A stretch of DNA of 64,000 bases from Eledone cirrhosa (Eukaryota): contig OZ024740.1 of the NCBI GenBank assembly GCA_964016885.1, forward strand, positions 270,940,001 to 271,004,000, written 5' to 3'. Below, in pieces: positions 38,446 to 52,929 of this stretch; within the stretch, counting starts at the first letter, position 1; each line of letters opens with the position of its first letter. The translations under genes and the position numbers were made by a program. The notes beneath the pieces are model-generated. The model saw only the letters and a program-made list of their open reading frames with translations. It searched no databases and was not told where the DNA came from.

Positions 38446-39342
38446 TTCTCTCATTTATAATATTGACACTCCGTCTGATACGAGATAATTAATACCTCAA
38501 GGTAACGACGTCTTAGAGTGTTTACTTCTGATTATACTACAGCCGGTCGATTGCTTGATCAACCAACATTTTTTACTGGGAATTATAAATATATTTATAG
38601 ATCGATAGACAGATAGATAGAGAAGGATGGAGAGGGAGAGGGAGAGACAATTTATCCTATCTGAATAACGATTAGTAATTGACCAATTATTCGTAGAAAT
38701 ATAAATTACATATTATTTTAAGAAAATAGACAAATATTTCTTATTTAGGAAAATTAGGTATAAAACGTGATTGTTTTATTTACTTATTTATTTTTAGAAT
38801 TATTTATGTCTACCTTCCCTTTTTATAAATTTTCGCATGCCATCAGCTGAAATAGTTGTTGAACAAGATGGTAATGAGAACAACAGCAACAATAATATAG
38901 ATTTATAACTTTGCTACAATGCAGTGTATAGGGGAGTGTATAGTTGATTTAATCGACTTCAATGCTTGACTAGGAATTATTTTATCTATCCCTTGAGGTT
39001 ATGAAAATTTGAACTCTGGGCGTAGTGAGGCGTAATTATATACTGCAAGACACTAGATTCACAATTCATGTCTTTTCCTCCACCTTAATAATTATAGTAT
39101 CGGTCATCAATTTGAGAGGGAGTGATAAATCGATTACATAGGCCCACAATTCTTTACATATAATTACTTTGATTTATCTGCTCCGAAACTAAGAATAGCA
39201 ACGTTGGCCTTGGTGTGGTCTCAATTCAGAATGTAAAGAGCCAGAACAAATAGCTCAAGGTATTTGGTCAGCCGCTTTAATGATTCTGCTAAAAAATAGT
39301 AATGTCTATTAATGCAACCAGAGCCCTTTCATACATTCAGCA

Positions 39343-39474
<132 letters not shown>

Positions 39475-39673
39475 TTTATAGATAATTTAATATATCTACT
39501 AACATAAGCGCACAGATGTATGCTAATGCCAGCAAATACACAGGTTATGACATAGTACCTAGGTGGTTCAATGCAGGAGGATGCAGAACAATAATATAAA
39601 AGACGTAAAATAAGAAAATTTTAAAATTTAAAAAAAAGAAAATTTTAAAATTTTAAAATTTTCTTATTTTACG

Positions 39674-39758
<85 letters not shown>

Positions 39759-39980
39759 TGGGTTGAGAGGAGGGGCTGTGTGGTTACTGATCACGAGTGT
39801 TAGAAGGTAAGGCGACACAAACAAGAAATGGACAGTCTCCCTTCTTCAGTAGTTTGCTACGGGTCATGTATATTTCGGCGCATTATAAGTAGAAAAGCGA
39901 TGGAATTTCGTTTACATGCATTTATGTTTTTATTGTGTATAAACTTTTACGAGGATTGGCATACACTATATATATATATA

Positions 39981-40013
<33 letters not shown>

Positions 40014-40130
40014 GTATTCATTTATGTTGTATGGTTCACCAATAGATAGAACTAGTCATTCTGTTTAGTTAGCCATGCTGTAATATAAAGAATAGCGCTC
40101 TACGTTATGCAACTCATCGTTGATGTTGAA

Positions 40131-40195
40131 GCCCAAACTGGATATAACCTTTCAGTGATCTCGTTACGTAAGATCCTGGCGACATCATCAGGGGC
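40131..40195 (-). ncRNA. Degenerate hammerhead motif
   Basis: rc gccc CTGATGA tgtcgccaggatct...agatcact GAAA ggttatatccagttt gggc. Confidence 0.5.
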
Positions 40196-40380
40196 AGATT
40201 GCATAATTAGTTAATCAATAAAAAGAATTACACGGCAAACACAAACAGAGAATAGGAAATATATTAGATTCGTAGATGGCCGCGAATTGGCCGGTGTTAT
40301 TGTTGCGACAGACCATCTCCGAATCGTAACCAGGCCATTGAAATAAATATACTGATTTTACAACAATAATACTTCTGTTA

Positions 40381-40428
<48 letters not shown>

Positions 40429-40444
40429 AGGGAGTGTAACGCAG

Positions 40445-40537
40445 AGTTACTCGACGAGCCATTGATTACAGAGTCGGGCTAGATCGATACAGATCGAACC
40501 TTGAGTTGATCAATAGCGAAACGCGCGTCACGAACCA
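40445..40537 (+). ncRNA. Degenerate hammerhead motif
   Basis: TCGACGA gccattgatta...tgatcaatagc GAAAC gcgc GTC; stem I poor. Confidence 0.35.
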
Positions 40538-40649
40538 ATAAACGTAATGAAGGAGTATCCATTCGTCCTTATTTTATTATATATATATATATATGGGGGA
40601 GTGCGTGTGTGTGTGTGTATGTGTGTGTGTTTTATCTAAACTGAGCAGT

Positions 40650-41450
40650 CAGAATAGAGTGATTATCCATTTGCAAACACCAAATAGTTAGCAGTTATGT
40701 TCTGTATTCTACTTCGTTATGTTTGTAGTAGTTTTTTTGTGAGGTTTTGTTATTGTGCGGCACTAAAACATTCTTTCAGCTTTGTGTCGGGCGCTTCTCA
40801 GCCAATGCTACTTTTTTTCCTACAACCACTTCTATTTTGATTTTTCTTGTTAGATATTGGTCATATAGAGGTTTATCTTGCAGTAATCTTAGCATGCTGT
40901 TTTGTTATTACATTTTCACTTTTTTTTAATAGTCTCTAATGTTGGTTCATTCTTTTCACAGATGTCTTTTGCTTCAGTTTCTATATTCTGTGGCTTCCTT
41001 GAAAGAAAAAGGAAATAATTTTTTGTTTTCATATTTTTTTTAAGCTATTTGTATTTGTTCCTCTTTTATTCTTTACTAGATATTTTCACAGTCCACAGAA
41101 TATATTTTGTAATAATTTACTAGTTGCAAAAAAATATCTACGACCCTCCTTTAGCAGTTAATATAATCTTCTTGTCGGTTTGTGGTGGTGTATTCTAAAC
41201 GTAGTCATTAACCGTCATTTACTTGTCTGAAACAGCTAGAATATTGAGTCCTATTACATTATTTTTGGCATTTATCTCCGTCTTATATATTAATCTAATG
41301 CGTCTATAATATTCTTGTCTCGCTTTTGCTTTTTATTCTTGTCTCGCTTTTTACATTTTTTGTTCATTAATTCCTAATTATTTGTCAGTTTTTGTTTGAT
41401 CTACGTCTTATACCTCTGTCTATTCATCTAACACAATATTGCGTTGATGC
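40650..41450 (-). pseudogene. Highly decayed R4/Dong ORF fragment
   Basis: rc LQDKPLYDQY...HWLRSA...SAAQ*QNLTKNYYKH resembles the R4 pattern KPLHGQ...WL...AAQDQ. Confidence 0.55.
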
Positions 41451-41781
41451 ATTTTTATGAAAAATAAGTTATATTTATTCCTCGAATAAATTCGTTCATT
41501 ATTGATTTGACAGCTGTCAACTGCAGCTGTCAACTGCAGCTGTCAACAGACTGGGAGTATCGCTACCGAAGAAGGATCAAAATAAATGGTACGTAATACA
41601 CAAGTTGAAATTCTGGCAAAACTGTTCGCCAAGTGAATGATTCTTGCCATCTGTAGTATAGTCGGGGGCTGGCAGATTGTGTGATCCCTGCCATATCAAT
41701 CCACAATTTCCACCGCATGGTCAGTGGGACAGGAATATATCTAGACTTGTGGGACTCTGATCAGTTTGGATCAATCTAAAG

Positions 41782-41920
41782 CCGTGTTTCCCAACATGGG
41801 TACTAGCGCCTCCTTGTGGGCGCTGTTGTACTGAAAGGAGGCGGTGGGAGTTTTTATTTCATTTAAAAAACAGTTTTTCCACTTTGAACTTAAATTGACC
41901 CCTGGTGATTAAAGACCCAA

Positions 41921-42014
<94 letters not shown>

Positions 42015-42180
42015 TTGCTTTAGGTTTTGTACCAATTGAACTGCGGTCATACACCAAATAACGTGGTAAGTCTTATGAATTCAGTATCTTATTTGAAATT
42101 TAATTTGACAGGGAAGGGGGTTGACAAAAACGTTTGCGCCCAAAAGGGGGCGCCGGTTGAAAAAAGGTTGAGAAACACTG
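41782..42180. mobile_element. hAT (Charlie-like) MITE
   Basis: TIR ccgtgtttcccaac / gttgagaaacactg; exact 8-bp TSD atctaaag (41774-41781 and 42181-42188). Confidence 0.85.
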
Positions 42181-42852
42181 ATCTAAAGCGTACTGTATTA
42201 TCAATCATCCCGCCCTAGGAACAGCCCTAAGAGGAAGTCCAGCTTTCAAAGATTGGATTGCAACAATATATGACGGCATCTATTCGATGGTAAAACTAAA
42301 CAGTTATCACTCAGTAGAATCTGCTCAATATTTTGAGTAAATAGCTACTCTTTGGGTCGTTTCAAGCCACGTGTTCTGTATTTCAAGAGTATGTTCTTTC
42401 ATCCAATTTGTATCTACTAGCTCTCGATCCACTGTAGAGCAGACTACAGGCATTGATGGACATCCTTTCTGAACTAGATGCAAGATGGCCGTATCGGTGT
42501 ATATATATATATATATATATATACAGAAAATGTCACTGTAATCGTATTGCATCGATTTAAAGTAGCAAAGATTAAACATTTAAAGTTACTGTGCCTGCCG
42601 CTCGTCACCTGGAGGGACAAGTCCTTGTCGCTGGCCAGTGATGTTGGGGTCAGGGCTATTTGGTGCTGGATCGGTTAAAATATTTTCGGTTTGTTCCTCC
42701 TGGTAGATAGGAAAGGAAATGAGTACAGTAAAATATACTAACATTATGAAATATACTCATATAAGATATGATATAAAGGAAAACCACAAAGTTCTCAGAA
42801 TATATCAAGTGGCCAATTCATACAGACGCTAAGATTAAGAAAAATTGTCATT

Positions 42853-43059
42853 AGTATTGGTAGAAGGTCGAACAACATGCTCTGTGGCATTGAGTTACGA
42901 CCCTTTACATTCTGAGTTCAAATCCCGCCGACGTTAGCTTTGCCTTTCATCCTTTTACGAGGTCGATAAAATCAAGTACCAGTAACGCACTGTGGTAGAT
43001 TTAATCGGCTCTCCCCTACCCCAAAAACTGTTGGCACTGTGCCTAAAGCAGAAACCATT
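42853..43059 (+). mobile_element. SINE family A copy (older)
   Basis: B box, core and tail. Confidence 0.8.
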
Positions 43060-43179
43060 ATATTTATTATATTATTGTTAAGGATCATCAGAAAAAGTGT
43101 TTTATCCTAATTACCATATCAATTCTAACAAACAGCAATATATAACTAAAATAAAAGAAAAGCATTATTGAAATATAAA

Positions 43180-43389
43180 GGGCGGTGGATTGGCAGTAAG
43201 GGCGGTGGATTGGCAGTATCGGTAGAGGGTCGGACGCTATGCTTTGACGTATAGAGTTACGGCCCTTGCCATTCTGAGTTCAAATCCCGCCGAGGTTAAC
43301 TTTGCTTTCATCCTTACGGGGTCGATAAAATAAAGTAACAGTAATGCTCTGGGTAATTTCTGGCCTTGTGCCAAACGTAGAAACAATTA
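43180..43389 (+). mobile_element. SINE family A copy with duplicated 5' 20 nt
   Basis: TSD attattgaaatataaag on both sides. Confidence 0.9.
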
Positions 43390-43819
43390 TTGAAATATAA
43401 AGATGTGAAAATAGATAACCAAAATATCAAGACTGAAAATCTGAAGACAAACATTTCTCATAACAGTTGCTTTGAAAATTGTAATAAACTATGTGCCTCC
43501 TCTACATTGTCTCCTTACCACTACCCCTTTCACCAGATCTTTACCTTATTTTCTCTAATACATGTAAATTCTTAAGCTTGCAATAAACTATATGCCTGAC
43601 ATAAGTTATTTCCCTTCTCCTCTCAACTTAAATAGGGGTTGCATTCCCTTGGTACTTCTCCCCTCTTCACTCCTTCTACATATATGTGTGTGTGATGGAC
43701 AAACAGATCGAGAAACAGCTTTTCTTTTATAATTTAGACAAGCAAATGCATAACTAACCTCAAGATTTACATTCCTATTAAATAATTTCAATACAAGATA
43801 AAAATAGAAAACGTAAAAA

Positions 43820-44002
43820 ACGTAAAAAAACGTAAAAAAAAAACACTACACACACACACTCCAAATACATAAAGCTGCGCTAGGTTAGTGCAATGAAAGC
43901 GCTTAATAAAAAGAAGCCTACTAAAATAATAATTTCATTGCACTAACCTAGCGCAGCTTTATGTATTTGGAGTGTGTGCAGTGTTTTTTTTTTACGTTTT
44001 TT
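43820..44002. repeat. Inverted repeat (~75-bp arms) with a partial HHR-like GAAA-gcgc-TT
   Basis: cactccaaatacataaagctgcgctaggttagtgcaatgaaa and its reverse complement. Confidence 0.75.
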
Positions 44003-44199
44003 TACCATTTTTACGATAATAATTATTTTTCTTTCGGAGAATCTGAGGCAAATGCTACAATGTGTAATCATCTCTGCCGGGGCATCTGAGTAAGGTTACA
44101 AGTGATGGACAAAATACCAGGGCAAGTTCAGTTTTTTGATAATGGGTTTTTAAACCAAGTAAATATTTGGGATCGTTAAATTTGCTAAGGTACGATTCT

Positions 44200-44420
44200 T
44201 TTGTTATCTTGGCAATTTAACATTCTTCATAACGCATTGTTTTGGTTTTCAAAATTTAAATTTAGATTTATTCTTGTTTATGTTAGCTCCATTTATAGCC
44301 AGAATATGCTTAAAACTGCATTTCAAGAATATGGTAACGGCAAGATTTGTCAGTTGTGTAGATTAGTGAGTAAAAATATATTTATATGTCGATCATAATT
44401 ATAGCTTTAAATTTTCTCTA
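44200..44420 (+). pseudogene. Possible decayed Naiad-type PLE endonuclease C-terminus
   Basis: MLKTAFQEYGNGKICQLCRL resembles IISKATPFNSSSENCDLC of the 54960-55030 region. Confidence 0.35.
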
Positions 44421-45191
44421 AATTTAACACTTCTAAATACTAAATTCTACTATATACTTGATTGACTGTGAATCAGCTACTGTTCAGTTGATGGCATTTT
44501 TCTGGGGTTGAGCTAGCATGTTTGAAAATAGATACAAACGGACAAGTTTTAATTACGTTAGAATCGGAGCTACTAGGTAACTATTTCCAAATTTTGTCAT
44601 AAATTTTCTATTAGTAGATTTAACTTACTACCAGAACGTTAAGTGCGGAATAGGATTCCGGGGAAAGCTAATAGGTTCTACGGAATTTCGGAAGTATTAG
44701 TCCAATAATCTAGACCCAACCAGTTTAGATGTTTCAAGTGTTAGGCATAGGGTTAAGCTTTTATTTCAAAAACTAAGCAAATATGGCGAGAACGACACTC
44801 CAATTTATTGCATGTTTGTTTGCTTTTTAACTTACATAAAAACTTTTAGTTGCAGTTTCTAAAATGTCACCTTTTCTCCAAATAAGCTTCCAAGTTGTTC
44901 CCATTAATTTCTGTGCATATTGTCAATTAGGGTTTTATTTGACATATATCTACATACATGTATATTTGCATATAATACAAATATGCACACTACATATGCT
45001 AGCAGAAAACCACCCGAGGGTGATTTTTCTGCTAGTATCAGTAATGTTATTAATTGATGTAGCATTTTCGATAATGACTGCATATTCTATGACGAAACAA
45101 TTTAATTACATCCATGCCCATAATATTGGTATATAAAAAGAAACGAAATGAGGCTTTGTTTCGATTCTGCCAACTGCAAGACGATGCATGT

Positions 45192-45646
45192 AATAATTGT
45201 TTCTACTTCAGGCACAAGGCCAGCAATCCAAAGGGGAGGGGTCGATTAAATCGACCCCAGTGCATTGCCGATGCTTTATTTTACCGTCCCACTAAGGATG
45301 AAAAGCAAAGCTAACCTCAACGAGATTGGAAATCAGACCGTAAAGGGCCGTAACCCTATGCTGCACGGCATGGAGTCCGATGTTCTACCGATACTGCCAA
45401 TCTACCACCCTGGTGATGTATGTAATAATGGTTTCTGATTTAGGCACAAGGCCAGCAATTTTGGGGGGAGGGGAAAGTCGATTAAATCGACCCCAATACA
45501 TCACTGGTGCTTTATTTTATCCAACCCATAAGGATGAAAGGCAAAGCTAACCTCAGCGGGATTAGAAACCAGACCGTAAATGGCCGTAACTCCATGCTTC
45601 ACAGGCTGGAGTTCGACGCTCTACCGATACAGCCAATCTACCGCCC
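45192..45646 (-). mobile_element. Tandem pair of SINE family A copies
   Basis: Two ~220-bp units separated and flanked by gatgcatgtaataat-like repeats. Confidence 0.8.
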
Positions 45647-45914
45647 TGATGATGCATGTAATAATAGCAGTAAAATAATTCAACTAAATATTATATTCCA
45701 TAGTAAGAGACGGATAATTTTCAAAATGCCGATACAATACGGTAGAAAAATATATGATATAATATACTGAGTAAAACATTTCTTTGTTTTGTTTTATTTG
45801 TCATCATTTTTCCCTTTGTACGTTTCTACCGCATTTTATCGGCTTTTTGAAAATAGTCAGTCTTTTACTATATATCTCACAATGCTTAATATTAACTACG
45901 CCAAATACATTCCA

Positions 45915-46235
45915 AGATGGCGAATTGGAAGAGTTGTTAGAACGTCAGATAGAATGTTTAATGGTATTCGTTCCGTCTCTCTATTCTCGGAGTTCAAATC
46001 CTGCCGATGTCAAGTTTCCCTTTCATACTTTCGAGATCGATAAAAAAAGTATCAGTCTAGTACTGTGGTTGATTCTTCCTCTATATCTTTCTTATTTCCT
46101 TTCTTTCTATCTTTCTCTGGAAGAAATCTGCTGTACTCAGACCTGGAGAGGGATGGGCTCCGCCAGGCTTAAAGTACCCTAGAATCGCCGTATGTCAATA
46201 CGACGCCCCTACGACTCTATAAGAAATTACAGGAC
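45915..46235 (+). mobile_element. SINE family C copy
   Basis: Matches 18590-18875. Confidence 0.75.
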
Positions 46236-46347
46236 CATACATACATACAATTACATTCCATATCTATTTCGTTTTTATTTTCATTCGGATTGTAATAAGT
46301 AAAACGTAAGTTATAGGAAACAAATTTATAGTTTTATTGTTTCATCG

Positions 46348-46536
46348 ATAATTGTTTCTATTTTAGGCACAAGGCCAGCAATTAACCAGTACATTACTGG
46401 TACTTTATTTTATCGACCCCGTAAGGATGAAAGGCAAAGTTAACCTCGACGGGATTTGAACTCAGATCATAAAGGGACGTAACTCTATGCTTCAAAGCAT
46501 GGTGTCCGACTCTCTACCGATACTGCCAATCCACCA
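46348..46536 (-). mobile_element. SINE family A copy
   Basis: Family consensus match. Confidence 0.9.
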
Positions 46537-46797
46537 ATAATGCATGAAATTCACATTATCTGAAAAGATTATGGTATGTATGCGGCATGTAATAGTTGTG
46601 GTGCCCATATAAAACTTTTATTTCGAAAATGAGTGTCTTGAAAGAAAGGAAGGAGAGGTCGTGTGTGTGGGGGGGGGGTCTATGTGTGTGTGTGTGTGTG
46701 TGTGTGTAATTGTGTATTTGTGTGTCTGTCTATGACGAAACAATTTAAGTACATCCATGCTTGCTAATAATACTAGTATATAGAAAGAAACGAAATA

Positions 46798-46856
<59 letters not shown>

Positions 46857-47341
46857 AGAGATATGCTTGCGTGTAAATGTAATAGAGAATTAAAGTATCT
46901 GAATGAGAAGAAAGAATGAAAGCAAATATATATATTCTCAACCATTATCTCACTTTAAGGCTACTACAGTGATCATGTAAAAAGCGAATTTATTTCTGGA
47001 ATAATTGCTGCACAGAACTTTTCAAATATATATTTCATGTACCAATGTGAATATAAATTAATACAGCATTACTCAGTGGGACTTTCTATTTAAACGAAAT
47101 GGTAGTATGTAATTTATGGTTGGTTTGATGGCTAATTCTAACATGTCGAACGATCACGTAGAGGTTTCCTTAACACATTTTACTCATTGGTTGATGCCGT
47201 TTTAAGCAAAGCAACCTTATCGTCAAAAACATTCAAGCCATAGCCACTCTGTATTTTGGCTATGTGTAGGAAATCTAAAATCACATTATTCAACGAGTCC
47301 TATTTTGGAGACGACAGTGTATTATTTAAGAGAGATTTGTG

Positions 47342-47529
47342 TGGTGGATTGGCAGTATCGGTAGAGGGTCGGATGCCATGCTTTCCAGCATAGTTACGTC
47401 CATTTACGATCTGAGTTCAAATCCCGCCGAGGTTGACTTTGCCTTTCATCCTTACGGGGTCGATAAAATAAAGTACCAGTAATGCACTGGGGGTAATTGC
47501 TGGCCTTGTGCCTAAAGTAGAAACAATTA
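47342..47529 (+). mobile_element. SINE family A copy
   Basis: TSD attatttaagagagatttg on both sides. Confidence 0.9.
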
Positions 47530-48017
47530 TTTAAGAGAGATTTGGATACTATTCCTTGCAGGTTGGATGATTACATAGAGAAGTCTTTGTTTGGTAAATG
47601 ATCCATCGTTGGGTATGCAGTATGGTATAAGGCGACCAATTGACAGAGTTGTTAGAAAATCGGAATCTCTGCGCTTTTAGTTCAAATCGCGCCGAGGTCA
47701 GCATTGCTTTTCATCTTTTCGTGGTCGTTAAATAAAGTGCCAGCCTAGACTTTATCTCTCTCTCCCTTTCTCTCTCTCTCTCTCTTTCTTTCTCTCTCCC
47801 TCTCTCTCTTTCTATTTCTCTCTCTCCTCTCTCTTTCTCTATGTATGAGTCTATCTATCTATCTACCAGGAAAAAATCGATCTTAATCAGAGTTGGAAAG
47901 GCCTCGTCTCTACCTAGTTTAAAATGTCTTGTATTCTATGACAGCACCTCTACGACGCCATAGAGTTCGTGACCCAAGGATGCTAAATGGTAGGCGTACG
48001 AACAACAATGCTATAAT

Positions 48018-48108
<91 letters not shown>

Positions 48109-48138
48109 GAGAGAGAGAAAGAGAGAGATTCATATATA

Positions 48139-48325
48139 TACGAGGGTCAACTGAAAGGTTCATAGACTGACCAAGATACTCTCATGGAATCATCAAATGA
48201 GTTTTATTTTTCAACATAGCCCCTGGAGAGAAGAAATGCAGTCATTAATAGGAGAGTTGAAATTAATGCATACAAAATTTCACGGCTCTAGCATCAATCC
48301 TTCATAAACGGCCTTTGAACGTTTC
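48139..48325. mobile_element. Mariner-type MITE
   Basis: tacgagggtcaactgaaaggttcatagactgac; matches 4651. Confidence 0.6.
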
Positions 48326-48349
48326 AGCCAAGACATACACATGTATGTA

Positions 48350-48900
48350 TGTCGGATCACTCTTGAGTGCTACTGGTAACATGTAACCCAGTACAACCTG
48401 TCGCATAGTCGGATCGTCGGCGACTAAACCGGCAACCCCAGCAAGTTTACTTGATGAGGAGGGTGATTTTTGACACTCTGCAGGACAAAAGACAAAACCT
48501 GACAAAGGGCGGAAGAACTCATAAGAGTCAACAACCATCCAAAAATGTGTAAATATGTATATACAGATGTACATATGTATGTATATGTGTATATTTATAT
48601 ATCTATATGCATGTGTATGTATATGCACGGGTGCATAGAAATAGTCAGGTTGGATACCCGATCGCATAGTTAAACAAATGGGAGTGAAGGACCCCTAGCA
48701 TTTGTCAGGGCATTCTTCTAGGAGAAGGCAACTCAAGAAACTGGGATAACTCCGACATAAAACCTGCGGACCAGTAGTTACCGATGATGTTGATCTTTTC
48801 TTCTTTTCGGGTTATAGCTACTGTCGCTCAGAGAGTGGGATTGGATCAGTGCACAGCCTTTCCCCACTTTTTAAAAAATCTTCACGCACAGGTATTGAAC
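48350..48900 (+). mobile_element. RTE-leader-like repeat segments
   Basis: Homologous to 61830-62220 (reverse complement). Confidence 0.5.
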
Positions 48901-48904
48901 GATA

Positions 48905-49635
48905 CCTAACATAGATACAAGACTCTCTCATTGGAATTCATAACTAGGTAGATATATATGCATGTCTGCATGCATGTGTGTGCAGATATGGATGTTATTG
49001 TATGTGGATGTGTATATTTTGAGTTATACGTGTGCATGTGCATATGCTTTGTATCTGTACATGTGTACATACAGTTACTAGATGCAGAATTTTTGGAATA
49101 TTTTACATATTTTTACTGTTCCATTAATGGATTGTACTTGTGTTTTCCTAACTAGTTGTGTTCTTTCTGTTTCTGTGAAGCCTAGCTTCTCAAGATTTGT
49201 ATTGAGGCAGTTACTAACATATCCCAGTGCCCAAATAATCACAGGTATGATTCTGAATGTATAGTCGGGGTGGAGTATCTGCAGATTTCTCATTAGTTCT
49301 GCATAAATATTCTCTTTTTCACTAATCTTTGATATTATATGCTTTACAGCATAGTTACGTCCCTTTACAATCTGAGTTCAAATCCCGCCGAGGTTGCCTT
49401 TGCCTTTCATCCTTACGGGGTCGATAAAATAAAGTACCAGTAATGCACTGGGTATTTGCTGGCCTTGTGCCTAAAGTAGAAACAATTATATTGGCATCTG
49501 CTGGTCAGCTAACTTCCACTACTGTGCATGCCTTCTTTTCCTTGTCCCATATCATTATATCTGGTCTGTTATGCCTGCATTTTATTGGGAGTTTTACTGG
49601 AATATTCCAGCAGTACTCTTTCATATTATGCATTG
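48905..49635 (-). mobile_element. R4/Dong 3' fragment interrupted by a SINE A (49340-49488)
   Basis: ORF MRNLQILHPDYTFRIIPVIIWALGYV...KICKIFQKF; homologous to 27870-28460. Confidence 0.8.
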
Positions 49636-49959
49636 TATGTATGTATGCATGTATGTATAAAGAAATTAGAAGCAGGATGAAATGCCCACGAATTAGTTAA
49701 GTATCCAAGATTTGTTACTGGAGCAGTTGCTATGGATATCACAAGGTGGTTTAATGAAATATATCTAGTAAAGTAGAAGAATGTTGACCAGGAAATGTGT
49801 TTGCCGCTCTAGTAGGTTTCAAATCATTGAGATTGTTGTGAGTTTTCAGGTAAACAAAAGAATTAGTGACGAATTGACAGATATAGCCGAAATGTCATTA
49901 ATACAGTTATCAGATGAATTCGTCAACGTGTTAGAAGACATTCATTACTGTGTGTATAT

Positions 49960-50600
<641 letters not shown>

Positions 50601-50666
50601 CCTTATTTTGATATTGTACAGTTGGGAAAAGAGAGGGTGCATGTGTGTTTGCAAGAGAGAGAGGAA

Positions 50667-50740
<74 letters not shown>

Positions 50741-51194
50741 CAGAGATATATATAGAGAGAGAGAGTATGTGAAGAGAGAGTGAAGCGAGGCAACAAGTTC
50801 AAGAGGAATAAAAAGAGATTGATAACAAAGTGCATTAAACAATTAATTTCAATTTGATAATACATTACCGTGACATGTGTCAGAGAAGCATATTCGTCTG
50901 TATATCTTGTCTTTTCCACTCTATCCTGTGTCACCCTCTGCCATCCTGCTATATTACAAATCAACTATGTAGCTATTTGTAAGAATTGTGTATAGTTACG
51001 ATAAACATGTGTATTTGTAGTTCTCATATACAATGAACGTTGTGATGCTTTAATTATTTAATGTATATCTAATTTTGATTTTACTAGTGTCTAACGTTAT
51101 GGCCGTAATTTGAGCGCTAGATATTAAATCTAAGGGCAAGCATACACATATATATGAGCATTTCTATATTGACCAACCCGTCATTTTAGTAGTG

Positions 51195-51520
51195 TGTGAC
51201 CTAGTGTTTAGAGCGTTGAATTCACAATCACGAGGTTGTAAGTTCGATTCCCGGGCTGAGCAGTGCCTTGTGTTCTTTAGAAAGACACTTTATTTTACGA
51301 TACTTCGGTTCACTCAGATAGAGAAATGAGCTACTACATTAACATTACTGGTGCCAAGCTGTATCGGCATTTGACTTTCTCTTGAACAAGATCGTTTGCA
51401 GGGAGGAGAGACTAGCATAAGCGGCGGCTGGTCTTTGACAGCAACACTTTGCTCAGGCTTGTGCTTCAGAGGGGAACTTTCTAGGGGCAAAATGCATGCT
51501 CATTTGTGGCCGAAGGAGCC
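51195..51520 (+). mobile_element. SINE family B-related copy
   Basis: agttcgattcccgggc...gtgttctttagaaagacacttt; tail similar to 29500-29612. Confidence 0.7.
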
Positions 51521-51955
51521 ATTTATATATATATATTAAGACCAAAGGGAGGTATTGATATGCCAGTAGAATGATAGATTTCAGTTTACTCAGGTCTGTG
51601 GGTGAAATTGTGCAGGTGGAACCTGTTTGGAAGCCTGTCTGATGGATTGTACCTGTAATTTAAATGTCCAAAGTCTGTCATGTCACGTATTGTGTCACAC
51701 TAATATAGAATACTTCTTAGAATGTGGAACTACTCAAATTTAATGTTCGTATGAAGATGAAAATATGTTTTCTAAATTCATACTTTTTCTAAATATACAT
51801 AAATATATTTGTGCATGTGTGTGTATGTATGTGTATGTATGTATGTGTGTGTGTGTGTGTGTAATGCAGGACTAGTCTTGCAACGTTAAGACTTTTTCCC
51901 ACTATATCAAGCGTTATATATATTTCTTCATTGTACTGTACTGTTTGTCTGTTAT

Positions 51956-51993
<38 letters not shown>

Positions 51994-52032
51994 GATATTA
52001 ATAAATGGAAACTATATTTATAAAACTATATT

Positions 52033-52097
52033 TATTTCATTATACATATTTCAGGGATACCACATTAAATTATGGTATGCCTTCATCAGACAAAATA
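52033..52097 (-). ncRNA. Type I hammerhead ribozyme (inverted segment)
   Basis: Reverse complement is identical to 56622-56686. Confidence 0.75.
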
Positions 52098-52683
52098 CAA
52101 TATATAACAGTTTTACAAATAGCTTTGACGTACCCTTTTAAAATACAACCATTACTTTTGGAGGCTGTCTGGATAGTGAATTGTTTATATTGTTTTAATA
52201 AGTCATAGTGTTAAGTACAATTAGAAAAAGACGGAGAAAAAGAAAAAGGAAAAAGTCTCTATATATCATTCCTCTCTCTTGAGTTTTTCTTTCTGTATGA
52301 TGACTTGATATCTCTCTGTTGCTTTCCTTTGTTTTTCTTATTTCTTCCTTTTCTTTCTTTTTTCTTTTTTCTTTTTTATTTTTTATTTCCTCCTATCGTT
52401 ATTTATCTCTTTCTTTTCTCCATACATTTCTCTCTCTCTCCGATATTTCTCCAGGTTTTCTTTTTCTTTTTCTTTCTCTTTTTTTCTTTCTCTCTCTCCC
52501 TCTTTGTTCTTTTCTCTCTCTCCGTCTTTTTTCTTTTTCTTTTTCTCCGTCTTTTTCTAATTGTACTTAACACTATGACTTATTAAAACAATATAAACAA
52601 TTCACTATCCAGACAGCCTCCAAAAGTAATGGTTGTATTTTAAAAGGGTACGTCAAAGCTATTTGTAAAATTGTTATATATTG

Positions 52684-52748
52684 TATTTTGTCTTATGAAG
52701 GCATACCATAATTTAATGTGGTATCCCTGAAATATGTATAATGAAATA
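52684..52748 (+). ncRNA. Hammerhead ribozyme with G5U mutation (CTTATGA), likely inactive
   Basis: Same as 56622-56686 except for the core substitution. Confidence 0.65.
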
Positions 52749-52929
52749 AATATGGTTTTATAAATATAGTTTCCATTTATTAATATCGTATATCTACTCC
52801 AAAAGCTTGTCGAGTGCTTTATATCAGTTATAAAAATATTTACTTGTTGTATCCCAACAACTTTAAATAGAACTTTTGCATATATTCTGCTCCTGTATTG
52901 TTGAGCACTTTACATTATAACTGAAAAAA

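Noticed and set aside
39594-39683. Short AT-rich inverted repeat next to (TA)n
   Set aside because: Probably another fold-back end, but too short and low-complexity to assign
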